DNA from: Gammaproteobacteria bacterium
Lineage (GTDB): Bacteria; Pseudomonadota; Gammaproteobacteria; JACCXJ01
Reading direction: 5' to 3'
Assembly: GCA_050740455.1 (NCBI GenBank)
Contig: JBOIDF010000001.1
Coordinates: 2,839 to 66,838 of the forward strand
Length of the DNA stretch: 64,000 bases
Notes under the pieces: generated by a model
What the model saw: only the letters and a program-made list of their open reading frames with translations
Told to the model about the DNA's origin: nothing
Databases searched by the model: none
Made by a program: the position numbers and the translations under genes
In this document: positions 17,985 to 27,865 of the stretch, one piece after another
How positions within the stretch are numbered: position 1 is the stretch's first letter
How the letters are laid out: the number at the start of each line of letters is the position of its first letter

Positions 17985-19436
17985 TTACACCTTGCCCTGG
18001 GATAACGCATGCAACGCCAAGAATTCATCCGCGTCCCGCGGGCCCCAGGTGGCAAAGCTCGGCTCCGGATCCTCGGCATAGGCTTGCTTGATCTCTGCCA
18101 GCCAATCGCGCGCGCGGGGCAGCGCTTGAGGGTCGAGGCCGTAGGGGACGGCCGCATTGAGTCCAAAGACCTTGGCGCGCAAGGTGGGCGTGATTTCGGG
18201 ATAACCGTAACGCTCGCGGTATTCGGGGGCGATCTGAAAGGCGCGGAAGGCCTGGATCTGGTCTTGCGGGCTGCCGTACCAAATGGAGTCGGTGCCCCAG
18301 AGCACGTTGTTTTCGCCCACGTATCTGAATAACTTCCCGAGCACGTGGGCGGCTTGATCGGGGTCCTGCATCAACTGCCTCCAAGTGGTGCCGAGCTCCG
18401 CGTACACGTTGCTGTTCGGCGCGATGCCATTGTCTTCGAGCGATTTCACCAGTGAATCGACACCGCCCGCGGCGTTCTTCGGATCGTAAGGACCCTCGCG
18501 GCGGCCGGGATCGAATCCCGAGTGATAGACGATAAAGCTCACGTCCGGGTAACGGCGCGCGACGATCCCGATATCCCGGCAGGTGGAATACTCGTAGTCG
18601 AGATTGAACAGCGGGATCCCCTTGTGGATGCAAATCAACTTGACACCCAAGGCACGCGCTTTCTCTATGAACGCGATCCCGGTGCGCTCATCATCGAGCC
18701 AATAGCCCACTCCATCGGGCCCCCACTGGGTGTAGGTCTTCCACGCGCTGACGCGGTAGTCTTCCTTTTGGCGCGCCATGGCGTCAATGGCCCCCGGGAG
18801 GTTCGGATGCACGAGACCGTGGATGAGGAGCCGATGCCGACCTTCCATTGCCTCGACCAGCGCGCGGGTAGCCGCGGCGTCCGCCAGCGACAAGGGATTA
18901 TCCTCGGGCGCGGCAGGGACGGCCGAGAGCACGGCCATGTCGGTATCGCTGTCGAGGAATATCTCCCGCAGGAAGTGCTCGGCGGAGAAGCACTCGATGG
19001 CGTCGCCTCCGCAGTCCGCCTGTGGAAAGAAGCGCAGAATGTAGGTCCAGCGGTTCGTAAGCTTGCGCCAGCTCCCCTTGGGGTTCACATGGTGGGTTTG
19101 AATATCGAAGATGAACTCCTCCCCGCCGATGCGCTCCCCGGCCGCGGCGGGTTCGAAAGCGGCCTCCCGCGGCACGGCGTAGAAACCGCCGGCCTTGCCA
19201 CAGCGCGCAAACGCCTCGTTCATCGACAGCAAGGTCGCGGCCGCGCCGCAGATGGATTTTAGAAACGCGCGCCGGCCGAGACCGAGCTTTCTCGCCGTTC
19301 CGGTGGCGTTTTCTCGCGCCAAGCGATTGGCGTAGCGCACGCCCGCCGCCACCGGCCGCGGCAGGAACTCCCCGTTCGAGGTCGCATCGAGCTTGATGGG
19401 TAAGCGCCGGCCTCCGGGGTCAAAACGTTCGCTCAT
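17985..19436 (-). CDS. Amidohydrolase-family (TIM-barrel metal-dependent hydrolase) protein with twin-arginine signal
   Basis: 483 aa. N-terminal ..GRRAFLKSICGAAATLL.. is a Tat motif. Amidohydrolase_2-like blocks are present (..IFDIQTHH.., ..VKLICIHKG.., ..GTDSIWYG..). Confidence 0.6.
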   Translation of the reverse strand: MSERFDPGGRRLPIKLDATSNGEFLPRPVAAGVRYANRLARENATGTARKLGLGRRAFLKSICGAAATLLSMNEAFARCGKAGGFYAVPREAAFEPAAAGERIGGEEFIFDIQTHHVNPKGSWRKLTNRWTYILRFFPQADCGGDAIECFSAEHFLREIFLDSDTDMAVLSAVPAAPEDNPLSLADAAATRALVEAMEGRHRLLIHGLVHPNLPGAIDAMARQKEDYRVSAWKTYTQWGPDGVGYWLDDERTGIAFIEKARALGVKLICIHKGIPLFNLDYEYSTCRDIGIVARRYPDVSFIVYHSGFDPGRREGPYDPKNAAGGVDSLVKSLEDNGIAPNSNVYAELGTTWRQLMQDPDQAAHVLGKLFRYVGENNVLWGTDSIWYGSPQDQIQAFRAFQIAPEYRERYGYPEITPTLRAKVFGLNAAVPYGLDPQALPRARDWLAEIKQAYAEDPEPSFATWGPRDADEFLALHALSQGKV

Positions 19437-19444
19437 GGTTTATT

Positions 19445-19550
19445 CACTACTGCCCCGCCGCTTGCAACGGCCCACGTAAGCCTTGGGTTTTCAAAGGGGA
19501 GTAGTTGCAACTCTTCCCTTTGCTCGCCCGCGGGCGATATGGCGATATCC
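19445..19550 (+). repeat. Degenerate family-1 element copy upstream of leuS
   Basis: CCCCGCCGCTTGCAACGG...TTTCAAAGGGGAGtagttgcaaCTCTTCCCTTTG... aligns with the first two hairpins of the 14501 copy. Confidence 0.45.
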
Positions 19551-19706
19551 ATTAATTAACTATAGACCATCACCGGCGCTTTGATCGGGGGAGATATGCC
19601 CAAACCCTGTCTACTGCGGGGATCGCGTTGCGGAAATGGGCGCGGCGCAACGCCCGCCGGCTCCCCGGTTGTGGCAGGTGAGCCCGCTGCGGTATTCTCA
19701 GTGACT

Positions 19707-22160
19707 ATGGAGGCGCGATACCAACCGGCCAGCATCGAGCCCGCGATGCAACAACGATGGGAAGAGCAGCGGGTGTTTGCGGCCAGCGAAGAGCCGGGGC
19801 GGGAGAAATTCTACTGCCTTTCGATGTTCCCCTACCCGAGCGGGCGCCTGCATATGGGCCACGTCCGCAATTACACGATCGGCGATGTGATCGCCCGTTA
19901 TCAGCGCCTGCGGGGGAAGAACGTCCTGCAGCCGATGGGTTGGGACGCCTTCGGGCTGCCGGCGGAGAACGCCGCCATCGATAACCGCGTGCCCCCGGCG
20001 CGCTGGACCTATGAAAACATTGCCACTATGCGCGGCCAGCTCAAGCGTTTGGGGTTTGGGTATGACTGGGCACGCGAGCTGACCACCTGCCGGCCCGAGT
20101 ATTACCGCTGGGAGCAGTGGTTCTTTATACAGTTATTTAAGAAAGATCTGGTCTATAAGAAGACCGCCGTCGTCAATTGGGATCCGGTCGACCAAACAGT
20201 GCTCGCCAATGAGCAGGTCATCGATGGCAAGGGCTGGCGATCCGGGGCGCCCGTCGAGCGGCGCATGATCCCCCAGTGGTTCTTGAAGATCACCGATTAC
20301 GCCGAGGAATTGCTCACCGGTTTGGAGGGGCTCGAGGGTTGGCCGGACGCCGTGCGCACGATGCAGCGCAATTGGATCGGACGCTCCGAAGGCGTCGAGG
20401 CCGAGTTTTCGATCCCCGCACTTGGGGAGAGCGTGACGGTGTTCACCACGCGCCCGGACACGCTCATGGGCGCGACCTATCTCGCGGTCGCCGCCGAGCA
20501 CCCCTTGGCGGCGCGCTTTGCGCAACGTGATCCCGCGTTGGCCGGGTTCGTCAACGAGTGCCGCCACATGGGTACGAGCGAGGTGGAGCTCGAGACCATG
20601 GAGAAAAAAGGCATGCCGCTCGGGGTTGAAGCCCTGCACCCTATCACCGGCGAGGCCTTGCCGGTGTGGGTCGCCAACTTCGTGTTGATGGGCTACGGCA
20701 CCGGGGCGGTGATGGCGGTGCCCGCCCATGATCAGCGCGACTATGAGTTCGCGCGCCGCTTCGGCCTGCCGATTAAGCAGGTGGTGTTCCCCGGGGATGC
20801 TCTCAGCGCGGACATATCGGAGGCCGCGTTCATCGAACCGGGGGTGCTGAGAAATTCAGGCGCGTTCGATGGTTTAAGCTCGGCAGCGGCCTTCGCGGCC
20901 ATCGCCGAGTGTTTGCATGAGAACGGCAAAGGGCGGCGCAAAGTGAACTACCGTTTGCGTGACTGGGGCGTGTCCCGCCAGCGCTACTGGGGCTGCCCGA
21001 TCCCGATGCTCAATTGCCCGCGGTGCGGCCCCGTGCCGGTCCCCGAGGAGCAGTTGCCGGTGGTACTTCCCGAAGAGGTAGAGTTTCAGGGCGTGGTTTC
21101 TCCCATCAAGCGCATGCCGGAGTTTTACCAGGCACACTGTCCGGCCTGCGGCGTAACCGCCGAACGCGAGACCGACACCTTCGATACTTTTTTCGAATCC
21201 TCGTGGTATTACGCCCGTTACTGTTGCGCGGACAGCAGCGAGCGCATGCTCGATGCTCGGGTCCGCTACTGGCTGCCCGTGGATCAATACATCGGCGGCG
21301 TGGAGCATGCCGTGCTGCATTTGCTTTATGCCCGGTTTTTCCACAAGCTGATGCGCGACCTAGGAATGGCGCCGCATGCGGAGCCCTTCACGCGCCTGCT
21401 CACCCAAGGGATGGTGCTGAAAGACGGCGCCAAGATGTCGAAATCGAAGGGTAATACCGTCGATCCGCAAGCGCTCATCGATAAGTACGGGGCCGATACG
21501 GTGCGCTTATTCACCATGTTCGCGGCTCCGCCGGAGCAATCCCTCGAGTGGTCGGACACCGCCGTCGAAGGTGCGTTTCGCTTTCTCAAGCGTCTCTGGC
21601 GCTTCGCGGCGGAGCAACTCGCAGGCGGTGCCGCGGCTGCGGTCGATAAGACCCGGCTGACGCCGGCGCAAGCGGAATTACGCCGCCAGATCCATCAGAC
21701 GATCGCCAAGGTCAATGACGATATCGGGCGCCGCTATACGTTCAATACCGCGATCGCGGCGGTCATGGAGCTTACGAATGCCTTGACGGGTTTCAAGGAT
21801 AATTCCGAGCAGGGGCGCGCGCTGCTGCGCGAAGGTCTCGAGACCATCGCGATAGTGCTGTCCCCGATCGTGCCCCACATCACCGAGGCGCTCTGGGCCG
21901 CCCTCGGCCATGCGGATCTGGTCGCCAACGCGCGCTGGCCCACGGTCGATGAGGCCGCCCTGGTGCGCTCCGAGATCCGGCTAGTGGTGCAGATCGACGG
22001 TAAGAAGCGGGCCGATCTCACGCTCGCCGCGGGGACACCGGAGGCGCTGGTCAAGGAGATCGTGCTCGCCGATCCCAAGGTCCGGCGCTACCTCGAGGGT
22101 CACGAGATCGAGAAGCTCGTGGTGGTGCCCGGGCGCCTGGTGAACATCGTGACCGTATGA
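19707..22160 (+). CDS. leuS: Leucine--tRNA ligase
   Basis: [20 protein letters not shown].. start, [12 protein letters not shown] (HIGH motif) and KMSKSKGN (KMSKS motif). About 818 aa from the ATG at 19707. Confidence 0.95.
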   Translation: MEARYQPASIEPAMQQRWEEQRVFAASEEPGREKFYCLSMFPYPSGRLHMGHVRNYTIGDVIARYQRLRGKNVLQPMGWDAFGLPAENAAIDNRVPPARWTYENIATMRGQLKRLGFGYDWARELTTCRPEYYRWEQWFFIQLFKKDLVYKKTAVVNWDPVDQTVLANEQVIDGKGWRSGAPVERRMIPQWFLKITDYAEELLTGLEGLEGWPDAVRTMQRNWIGRSEGVEAEFSIPALGESVTVFTTRPDTLMGATYLAVAAEHPLAARFAQRDPALAGFVNECRHMGTSEVELETMEKKGMPLGVEALHPITGEALPVWVANFVLMGYGTGAVMAVPAHDQRDYEFARRFGLPIKQVVFPGDALSADISEAAFIEPGVLRNSGAFDGLSSAAAFAAIAECLHENGKGRRKVNYRLRDWGVSRQRYWGCPIPMLNCPRCGPVPVPEEQLPVVLPEEVEFQGVVSPIKRMPEFYQAHCPACGVTAERETDTFDTFFESSWYYARYCCADSSERMLDARVRYWLPVDQYIGGVEHAVLHLLYARFFHKLMRDLGMAPHAEPFTRLLTQGMVLKDGAKMSKSKGNTVDPQALIDKYGADTVRLFTMFAAPPEQSLEWSDTAVEGAFRFLKRLWRFAAEQLAGGAAAAVDKTRLTPAQAELRRQIHQTIAKVNDDIGRRYTFNTAIAAVMELTNALTGFKDNSEQGRALLREGLETIAIVLSPIVPHITEALWAALGHADLVANARWPTVDEAALVRSEIRLVVQIDGKKRADLTLAAGTPEALVKEIVLADPKVRRYLEGHEIEKLVVVPGRLVNIVTV

Positions 22161-22792
22161 TGAAGTCAGAGCTTGTGAAAAAATCGTCGCGAGCGAAGGG
22201 AGGTCGTGTTCCGCCGGCGCGCAGGAACCGGAGTGTATTTAAATACATGAGGATTCCGAGCACCGCCGGAACGCGAGATCCCGAGCGCAGCAGATTTTTT
22301 CACAAGCTCTCAGTGGCCGTCCTGGCGATCATCCTGTGTGGATATGGATGCGGATTTCACCTGCGCGGATCGAGCCCGGTGGCGCTTCGCTTCTCGGGCG
22401 TGTTTGTCGAGGCGGCCGGCGCTCCGCAAGTGGCGGCGCAATTGCGGCGGCAGTTGCAATATAATGGCGTTGTGCTAACGTCCAAACCCACCCGTGCGGA
22501 GGCTGTGGTTACGCTCAGAGACGAGCGCTTCGAGCAGCGCGTGCTTTCGGTCGATCCGCGCACCGGCAAGGTGCGCGAGTACGAGCTAGCCTATCGCGTC
22601 GATTTGATGGTGGCCGGCGCCAAGGGGCATTCCTTGCTCGCCGCGCAAAGCATCGATCTGGTGCGCGATTACACTTTCGATGAGACCGCGGCGCTTGCCA
22701 AATCCGATGAAGACCAGCTCTTGCGGCAAGAAATGATTCAAGACGCGGCCGCGACGGTGCTTAGACGGCTCGAAACCATTAAAGCGAAGTAA
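22157..22792 (+). CDS. lptE: LPS-assembly lipoprotein LptE; 5' region overlaps a MITE and the true start is uncertain (alternative ATG 22247)
   Basis: ..[12 protein letters not shown].. matches the E. coli LptE lipobox context (..AGCGWHLRD). The rest is LptE-like. The ATG overlaps the leuS stop in ATGATGA. Confidence 0.75.
   Translation: MMKSELVKKSSRAKGGRVPPARRNRSVFKYMRIPSTAGTRDPERSRFFHKLSVAVLAIILCGYGCGFHLRGSSPVALRFSGVFVEAAGAPQVAAQLRRQLQYNGVVLTSKPTRAEAVVTLRDERFEQRVLSVDPRTGKVREYELAYRVDLMVAGAKGHSLLAAQSIDLVRDYTFDETAALAKSDEDQLLRQEMIQDAAATVLRRLETIKAK
22168..22310 (+). mobile_element. MITE (ERIC/Correia-like), copy A
   Basis: Terminal inverted repeats AGAGCTTGTGAAAAAATC / GATTTTTTCACAAGCTCT. Internal palindrome TGTATTTAAATACA. 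Lies between leuS and the lptE lipobox. Confidence 0.75.
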
Positions 22793-22980
22793 GGAAGCTC
22801 TGCAAACGTGTCGCGAGCAAGCCTAGATGCGCGAAGCAGCGGAGCGAGTCGCGAGACATATCAGGTAGATAGGCGAGCGAGGAGCGAGCACGCGAAGACG
22901 CGGGGAGCGGTCCAGGGACGGCCGCGCTTTGAGAAGCGAGGAAAGCAGATGGGCTGCGCAGTACCTTTTGCAGAGCTTCC
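22793..22980 (+). mobile_element. MITE (same family), copy B, 188 bp
   Basis: Terminal inverted repeats GGAAGCTCTGCAAA / TTTGCAGAGCTTCC. The GCGAGC-rich core is about 90% identical to copy D (51259-51402). It begins 1 nt after the lptE stop and ends 5 nt before the holA ATG. Confidence 0.85.
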
Positions 22981-22985
22981 GTAAG

Positions 22986-24059
22986 ATGACGGCAGCCCGC
23001 CCGCGGCCCCGGGCAAAGCTCAAACCCGCCGAGCTTGGGGCGCGCATCGAACGCGAGGGGCTCGAACGGCTCTATCTCATCGCGGGCGATGAGCCCTACC
23101 AGTGTCTGGAGGCGATGGACCAGATCCGATCCCAGGCGCGTGCGCTCGGCGTCACGGAGCGCGTGGTGCTCGAAGCGCAAGCGGGATTCGACTGGCAACG
23201 CCTGCGCTACGAGGCGAATCACCTGAGCCTCTTCAGCGACCGCCGGCTCATAGAGCTTACCCTCGCGCACGTTCCCCCGCGGAACGAAGGCGCGCAAGCC
23301 ATCATCGCCTATACCCAAGGGATGTCAGCGGACACCGTGGTGGTGATCCGCGCGCCCGTCCTCGATTACAGAGCAAAGCAAGGCGCATGGTACCAGGCCA
23401 TCGAAGCCGCGGGCGTGGTTGTCGAAGTCGCGCCGGTGCCGCCCGAGGCGATGCCGGACTGGATCCTGCGGCTCGGCGAACGGCGCGGTCTCATCCTGGA
23501 TCAGGAGGCGGCGATGTTCATTGCCGAGCGGGTCGAGAATAACCTGCCCGCGGCAAGTCAGGAGCTTGAGAAGCTCCGGCTTTCCTTGCCGGGCGGCAAG
23601 GCCGGTCTCGAGGACGTCGTCGCGGTGGTCACGGACAGCAGCCGTTATGACGTGTTCGCCCTAGTCAATTGCGTGTTGGAAGGGCGCCAGGCACGATCCC
23701 TGTCCGTGCTCGCGGGACTCCGCGCCGAGGGTACCGAAGCCGCGCTCGTGACCTGGTCTCTGGTGCGTGAGCTGCGGATCCTATGCCGCTTGGCTTATAA
23801 TCAGGCGCGCAAGCTTCCTTTGGAGCCCGTGTTCGAGGAATTCCGAGTCTGGGATCGGCGTAAAGCGGCCTTGAAACCGGCACTGCGGCGCCACACCGTC
23901 GCCAGCTTGCGGGAGTTGCTGCTGGCCGCTCATCAAGTAGAACGAGCCATCAAAGGCGCGAGCCCAGGAGATCCGTGGCTCATGCTGGCGGAGGTGGCGA
24001 TCGGCCTCGCCGCAAGCAATGCCTCACGACGGCAGCGGAATTACAATGTGAACGAGTGA
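22986..24059 (+). CDS. holA: DNA polymerase III subunit delta
   Basis: ..[11 protein letters not shown].. in the N-terminal region matches HolA. It follows leuS-lptE, the conserved gene order. Confidence 0.8.
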   Translation: MTAARPRPRAKLKPAELGARIEREGLERLYLIAGDEPYQCLEAMDQIRSQARALGVTERVVLEAQAGFDWQRLRYEANHLSLFSDRRLIELTLAHVPPRNEGAQAIIAYTQGMSADTVVVIRAPVLDYRAKQGAWYQAIEAAGVVVEVAPVPPEAMPDWILRLGERRGLILDQEAAMFIAERVENNLPAASQELEKLRLSLPGGKAGLEDVVAVVTDSSRYDVFALVNCVLEGRQARSLSVLAGLRAEGTEAALVTWSLVRELRILCRLAYNQARKLPLEPVFEEFRVWDRRKAALKPALRRHTVASLRELLLAAHQVERAIKGASPGDPWLMLAEVAIGLAASNASRRQRNYNVNE

Positions 24060-24805
24060 CCTAGATAGACCTGGCGTACGGTGTCGTTGGCGAGAACGGT
24101 CTCCGGCGCGCCCTCCGCGATGATGGTTCCTTCATTGACGATATAAGCCCGATCGCAGATCCCCAGGGTCTCGCGGACGTTGTGGTCGGTAATCAAGATC
24201 CCGATCCCGCGCGCCGCAAGCTGTTTGATGACCTTCTGAAGATCGAGCACCGAAAGCGGATCGACGCCGGCGAAGGGTTCATCGAGCATAATGAACTCGG
24301 GCTCCGCCGCCAGTGTCCGCGCGATCTCCGTGCGCCGCCGCTCGCCTCCCGACAGGGTTTCGCCCACACGATCGGACACCTGCTGAAGATGGAACTCTTG
24401 CAGCAGGCCCGTCAGCCGGCGTTCGCGCTCAACCGCATCGATGACCGATCGTATTTCCAGTACCGCCAGGACGTTTTCCCTTACCGTGAGCTTTCTGAAG
24501 ATGGAAGGCTCCTGCGGTAGATAGCCCAGTCCTAAACGCGCGCGCTGGTCCATCGGCAAGGCGGTAATGTCGCGGCGGTTGAGAAACACGGCGCCGGTGT
24601 CATTCGGCACGAGACCCACGATCATGTTGAAGCTCGTGGTCTTACCCGCGCCATTCGGACCGAGCAAACCGACGACTTCTCCGCTGTTAACCTTTAGGCT
24701 GACATCCTTGACGACCTGCCGCGACTGATACGTTTTGGAAAGGTGCCGGGCGCTGATGACGTGGGTCGATTTTTCGCCGGGTTCATTCTTTTGGTCGAGA
24801 TCCAC
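24041..24805 (-). CDS. lptB: LPS export ABC transporter ATP-binding protein LptB (putative GTG start; no canonical ATG nearby)
   Basis: ..[21 protein letters not shown].., ..[16 protein letters not shown].., ..[12 protein letters not shown].. are nearly collinear with E. coli LptB. The ORF as listed extends to 24943. Confidence 0.85.
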   Translation of the reverse strand: MDLDQKNEPGEKSTHVISARHLSKTYQSRQVVKDVSLKVNSGEVVGLLGPNGAGKTTSFNMIVGLVPNDTGAVFLNRRDITALPMDQRARLGLGYLPQEPSIFRKLTVRENVLAVLEIRSVIDAVERERRLTGLLQEFHLQQVSDRVGETLSGGERRRTEIARTLAAEPEFIMLDEPFAGVDPLSVLDLQKVIKQLAARGIGILITDHNVRETLGICDRAYIVNEGTIIAEGAPETVLANDTVRQVYLGHSFTL

Positions 24806-25358
24806 CAGCGCCGGAGCCGCGATTGGTTCCGTTTGGTTCCGTCTTTTTGGCTGGAGGAATGATGATCCGTACCCGGCCATCGTCCGTGGCCCCGTTGTCA
24901 TCGGATAGCTCGCCGGGGCGCGCCTTTCTTGCTTTAAGGACATTGCGAGCGGTATCGTAGGTCATGTGGTGGCCGGTGTAAATCTGCCCCCGTTGCACGA
25001 TTTTGACCTTGTTGGTCATATGGATCAGTTGCTCTTGCGCCTGATACCTCATGTTGAGGGCCTCGCCCTCGATATCCTCCTCCTCGTTGTCGGGGCGTTG
25101 CCGGTAAGTCGCCGGGCTGCCTTCCAAGAGCGCTTCTTTCAGCTGTTGGTCGGGCGCATAGTTCAAGGTGAGGGTGTGGCCGGTGAAGCGCGTGCTCCCT
25201 TGGATGACGATGACATTCCCGCGGTAGATCGCAACCCCTGCCTTATCGTCGATTTCCACGAAGTCTGCCGTGACTTCAATCGGTTGATCGCGATCGGTGG
25301 ACAACGCGGCGGCGGCCGTGACAAAGAATAAACCCGCCAGCAACACGCTGGAAGTCAA
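24783..25358 (-). CDS. lptA: LPS transport periplasmic protein LptA (TTG start at 25358, or GTG at 25376)
   Basis: Signal peptide ..[20 protein letters not shown], then the OstA-like fold (..[44 protein letters not shown]..). The listed ORF's extra N-terminus is encoded by the family-1 repeat. Confidence 0.8.
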   Translation of the reverse strand: MTSSVLLAGLFFVTAAAALSTDRDQPIEVTADFVEIDDKAGVAIYRGNVIVIQGSTRFTGHTLTLNYAPDQQLKEALLEGSPATYRQRPDNEEEDIEGEALNMRYQAQEQLIHMTNKVKIVQRGQIYTGHHMTYDTARNVLKARKARPGELSDDNGATDDGRVRIIIPPAKKTEPNGTNRGSGAGGSRPKE

Positions 25359-25484
25359 TTTAGATTTCGCCACCACGGGGTATGCAACCCCGTGGGGCGA
25401 CCAAAAGGGAGAGCTGCGCCTCTCCCCTTTGGAAACCCCATCGCTAAGGTCCCTGCGGCAAGACCGCGGGGAATAGATTTTAAC
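25354..25484 (-). repeat. Family-1 three-hairpin element, copy 2 (between the lptC stop and the lptA start)
   Basis: The reverse complement is ~97% identical to 14501-14633. One stem mismatch is G-U compatible. Confidence 0.85.
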
Positions 25485-26064
25485 GCTTTTCGTCATAATG
25501 AGTCCGCACGTTTTTCAGCAATTCGACCAGGCCAAACGCAAGCCGCGCACGCATCCCGATTCCCCGGGTGATGGACGTGGGCGTGATGATCGTGGCGGCG
25601 CTATCGGTTTCAGCATAGCGCTTTTTGGGCAGTATCCTGAGATCGGGCGCTTGCACCTCGATCTCGCGCACGCCCTCGGGGTTTCGGCGCCACACTCTCA
25701 CGTTTCCGTACAGCAAGACGGTATCGTTGTTGGCCCCGATCCATCCCGAGTCGGCACGGGCGAACCACGGCGCCTTCGGATTATCGCTATAGAGCTCGAG
25801 GGTGGGATGAAGGAGTTGGGTGGTGTCATCCCCGAAGTGGAACATGCGCTTGGCGCGGAGCCTGCTTTCGAGCCTTCCGCGCTCGTCCATGGCGGTGCGG
25901 ACGAAGTTCTCCATGTAAGAATCCGGTTCATCCGGGCCGACCGCCTCGCGGGTGATATTCTGCTCTTCCAGGCGCTCCAGGATCCAAGCGGTGGTGCCGG
26001 CGCAAACGCTAAGTGCGATCACCCCCGGCCAGTGCTTTAGCTTGCGGAAGCTTAGAATCGTCAC
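25480..26064 (-). CDS. lptC: LPS export inner-membrane anchor protein LptC
   Basis: 194 aa with an N-terminal TM helix and LptC fold. Position is between kdsC and lptA. Confidence 0.8.
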   Translation of the reverse strand: MTILSFRKLKHWPGVIALSVCAGTTAWILERLEEQNITREAVGPDEPDSYMENFVRTAMDERGRLESRLRAKRMFHFGDDTTQLLHPTLELYSDNPKAPWFARADSGWIGANNDTVLLYGNVRVWRRNPEGVREIEVQAPDLRILPKKRYAETDSAATIITPTSITRGIGMRARLAFGLVELLKNVRTHYDEKR

Positions 26065-26077
26065 AGAAGCTGTTCTT

Positions 26078-26221
26078 AGAGGTTGTGAATAAATCTGCTG
26101 CGCATCCCGATCGCGGCGTCGCGTGCTCGCTCGCTCCTCGCCTATCTGGTTGATATGTCTCGTCGCTCACTCCGCGGCTCCTTGCGCTCGGAATGCTCGC
26201 GACGATTTATTCACAACCTCT
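26078..26221 (-). mobile_element. MITE (same family), copy C, inverted relative to B/D
   Basis: Terminal inverted repeats AGAGGTTGTGAATAAATC / GATTTATTCACAACCTCT. The core is the reverse complement of the B/D core. It fills the kdsC-lptC intercistronic gap. Confidence 0.8.
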
Positions 26222-26766
26222 TAGCTCAAGTACCGGCCGTAAAGGTTTGCGAGCGCGCCTTGCGCATCGAGGAGCAGCTCGCACAATTCGCGCACGGCGC
26301 CGCGTCCGCCGGGTTGCCGTGTCCGCCAATGCGCATGCTGACACACTAAATGGTGCGCATCGGCCACGGCAACCGCAAGTCCGGCGCGCATCATGACCGG
26401 CAAATCCGGCACATCGTCTCCCATGAACGCCGCCTGCTCGGCGCTCAAGCCGAGCTCGCGGAGCAGCGCATTGAAGATCGATAGCTTGTCGGAGGCCCCC
26501 TGGTAGATGTACCGTATCCCGAGCTCCGTCATGCGCTCTTCGACCGCCGCCGAAGCGCGTCCCGAAATCACGGCGATGTGTAAGCCGGCTTCCCGCAGCA
26601 TGGCCAGCCCCTGCCCATCGCGGGTGTGAAACAGCTTCAACTGCTCGCCTCGCTCGCCCAGGATCAGACTGCCGTCGGTCAGCACCCCGTCGACATCGAA
26701 TGCGGCGAGGCGGATCTTCGCGGCCCTGGCCTTGACCCGATGCAGCGGTTCCGCGAGGTCCGCCAT
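26221..26766 (-). CDS. kdsC: 3-deoxy-D-manno-octulosonate 8-phosphate phosphatase
   Basis: ..FDVDGVLTDG.. HAD motif I and ..FMGDDVPD.. motif. Confidence 0.85.
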   Translation of the reverse strand: MADLAEPLHRVKARAAKIRLAAFDVDGVLTDGSLILGERGEQLKLFHTRDGQGLAMLREAGLHIAVISGRASAAVEERMTELGIRYIYQGASDKLSIFNALLRELGLSAEQAAFMGDDVPDLPVMMRAGLAVAVADAHHLVCQHAHWRTRQPGGRGAVRELCELLLDAQGALANLYGRYLS

Positions 26767-26776
26767 GACGGGCGCG

Positions 26777-27775
26777 TTACAGGACTCCGGCGCGCAGTAA
26801 ATCGTGCATGTTCAGCACGCCGCGCAGATCGCTTTTTTCGTCGGCGACTAACAATGCGTTGATCTTGTGCCGCTGCATCAGGTTGAGCGCTTCGGCCGCG
26901 AGGCAGTCTTGGCCGACGGTGACGCATGCGGGCGTCATGACGCTCCGCATGCGTGCTCGATGGACGTCGACGCCGCGGTCCAGGGCGCGGCGCAGGTCGC
27001 CATCCGTGAAGATACCGGCGATCCGCAGCCCGTCCTCGACGATCGCCGTCATACCCAGGCCCTTGCGCGACATTTCCACCAGCGCGTCCCGCAACAGCGC
27101 CTCGGTGGTGACCACCGGGATCTCGTCCCCGGTATGCATGAGATCGGAAATACGCAGCAGCAGCCGCCGCCCCAATATCCCGCCCGGATGCGTCTGCGCG
27201 AAGTCCGCGGCGTTGAATCCGCGCGCCTCGAGGAGGGCGATGGCCAGCGCGTCTCCCATGGCCAGGGCCGCGGTCGTGCTCGAAGTCGGCGCCAAGCCCA
27301 AAGGACAAGCTTCTTGTGCCACGCTGACATCCAAGTTGACGGAGGCGGCGCGTGCGAGGGTCGATTCGGGCTTGCCGGTGAGAGCGATGAGCGGGATCCC
27401 TAGGCGTTTAATGAGCGGCAGCAAAACGATAAGTTCCACGGTTTCCCCGGAGTTGGACAGCGCGAGCACCACATCCTTGGTGGTGATCATGCCCATGTCG
27501 CCGTGGCTGGCCTCGCCGGGGTGAACGAAGAATGCCGGGGTGCCCGTGCTGGCCAAGGTGGCTGCGATCTTGCCGCCGATATGGCCGGACTTACCCATGC
27601 CCAATACCACGATTCTGCCCTCGCAACTCAAAAGGTAACGGCAGGCGCCGACGAACTCCGGGCCGATGCGCGCGCCGAGAGCGGCCACCGCTTGCGCCTC
27701 ATTGTCGATGACCGAACGTCCCAAGGCTTGCAGCCGTTCGCCGGCAACGCGCTCGTCATGGAGATGGTCACGCAT
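26777..27775 (-). CDS. kdsD: Arabinose-5-phosphate isomerase (SIS + tandem CBS)
   Basis: ..VVLGMGKSGHIG.. SIS domain and a C-terminal CBS pair. Precedes kdsC. Confidence 0.85.
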   Translation of the reverse strand: MRDHLHDERVAGERLQALGRSVIDNEAQAVAALGARIGPEFVGACRYLLSCEGRIVVLGMGKSGHIGGKIAATLASTGTPAFFVHPGEASHGDMGMITTKDVVLALSNSGETVELIVLLPLIKRLGIPLIALTGKPESTLARAASVNLDVSVAQEACPLGLAPTSSTTAALAMGDALAIALLEARGFNAADFAQTHPGGILGRRLLLRISDLMHTGDEIPVVTTEALLRDALVEMSRKGLGMTAIVEDGLRIAGIFTDGDLRRALDRGVDVHRARMRSVMTPACVTVGQDCLAAEALNLMQRHKINALLVADEKSDLRGVLNMHDLLRAGVL

Positions 27776-27865
27776 GAGTCAAAAAATTCCGCTACGCTAG
27801 TAGTGCTCCAAGGGCAAGAAACCCGTTTATCATTTCAAGTACACCAAACGTTGACATGAAATTCT

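Noticed and set aside
18025-19262. ORFs 18025-18633 (-) and 18522-19262 (+) inside the amidohydrolase gene
   Set aside because: They overlap a 483-aa gene with a clear Tat signal and domain blocks, and have no motifs of their own.
22779-23318. 179-aa (-) ORF, and its look-alike at 51065-51364 (-), sharing the N-terminus M..RSSLAYL.DMSRDSLR.FAHL
   Set aside because: The shared residues are encoded by the MITE core (copies B and D). These are repeat-generated pseudo-ORFs.
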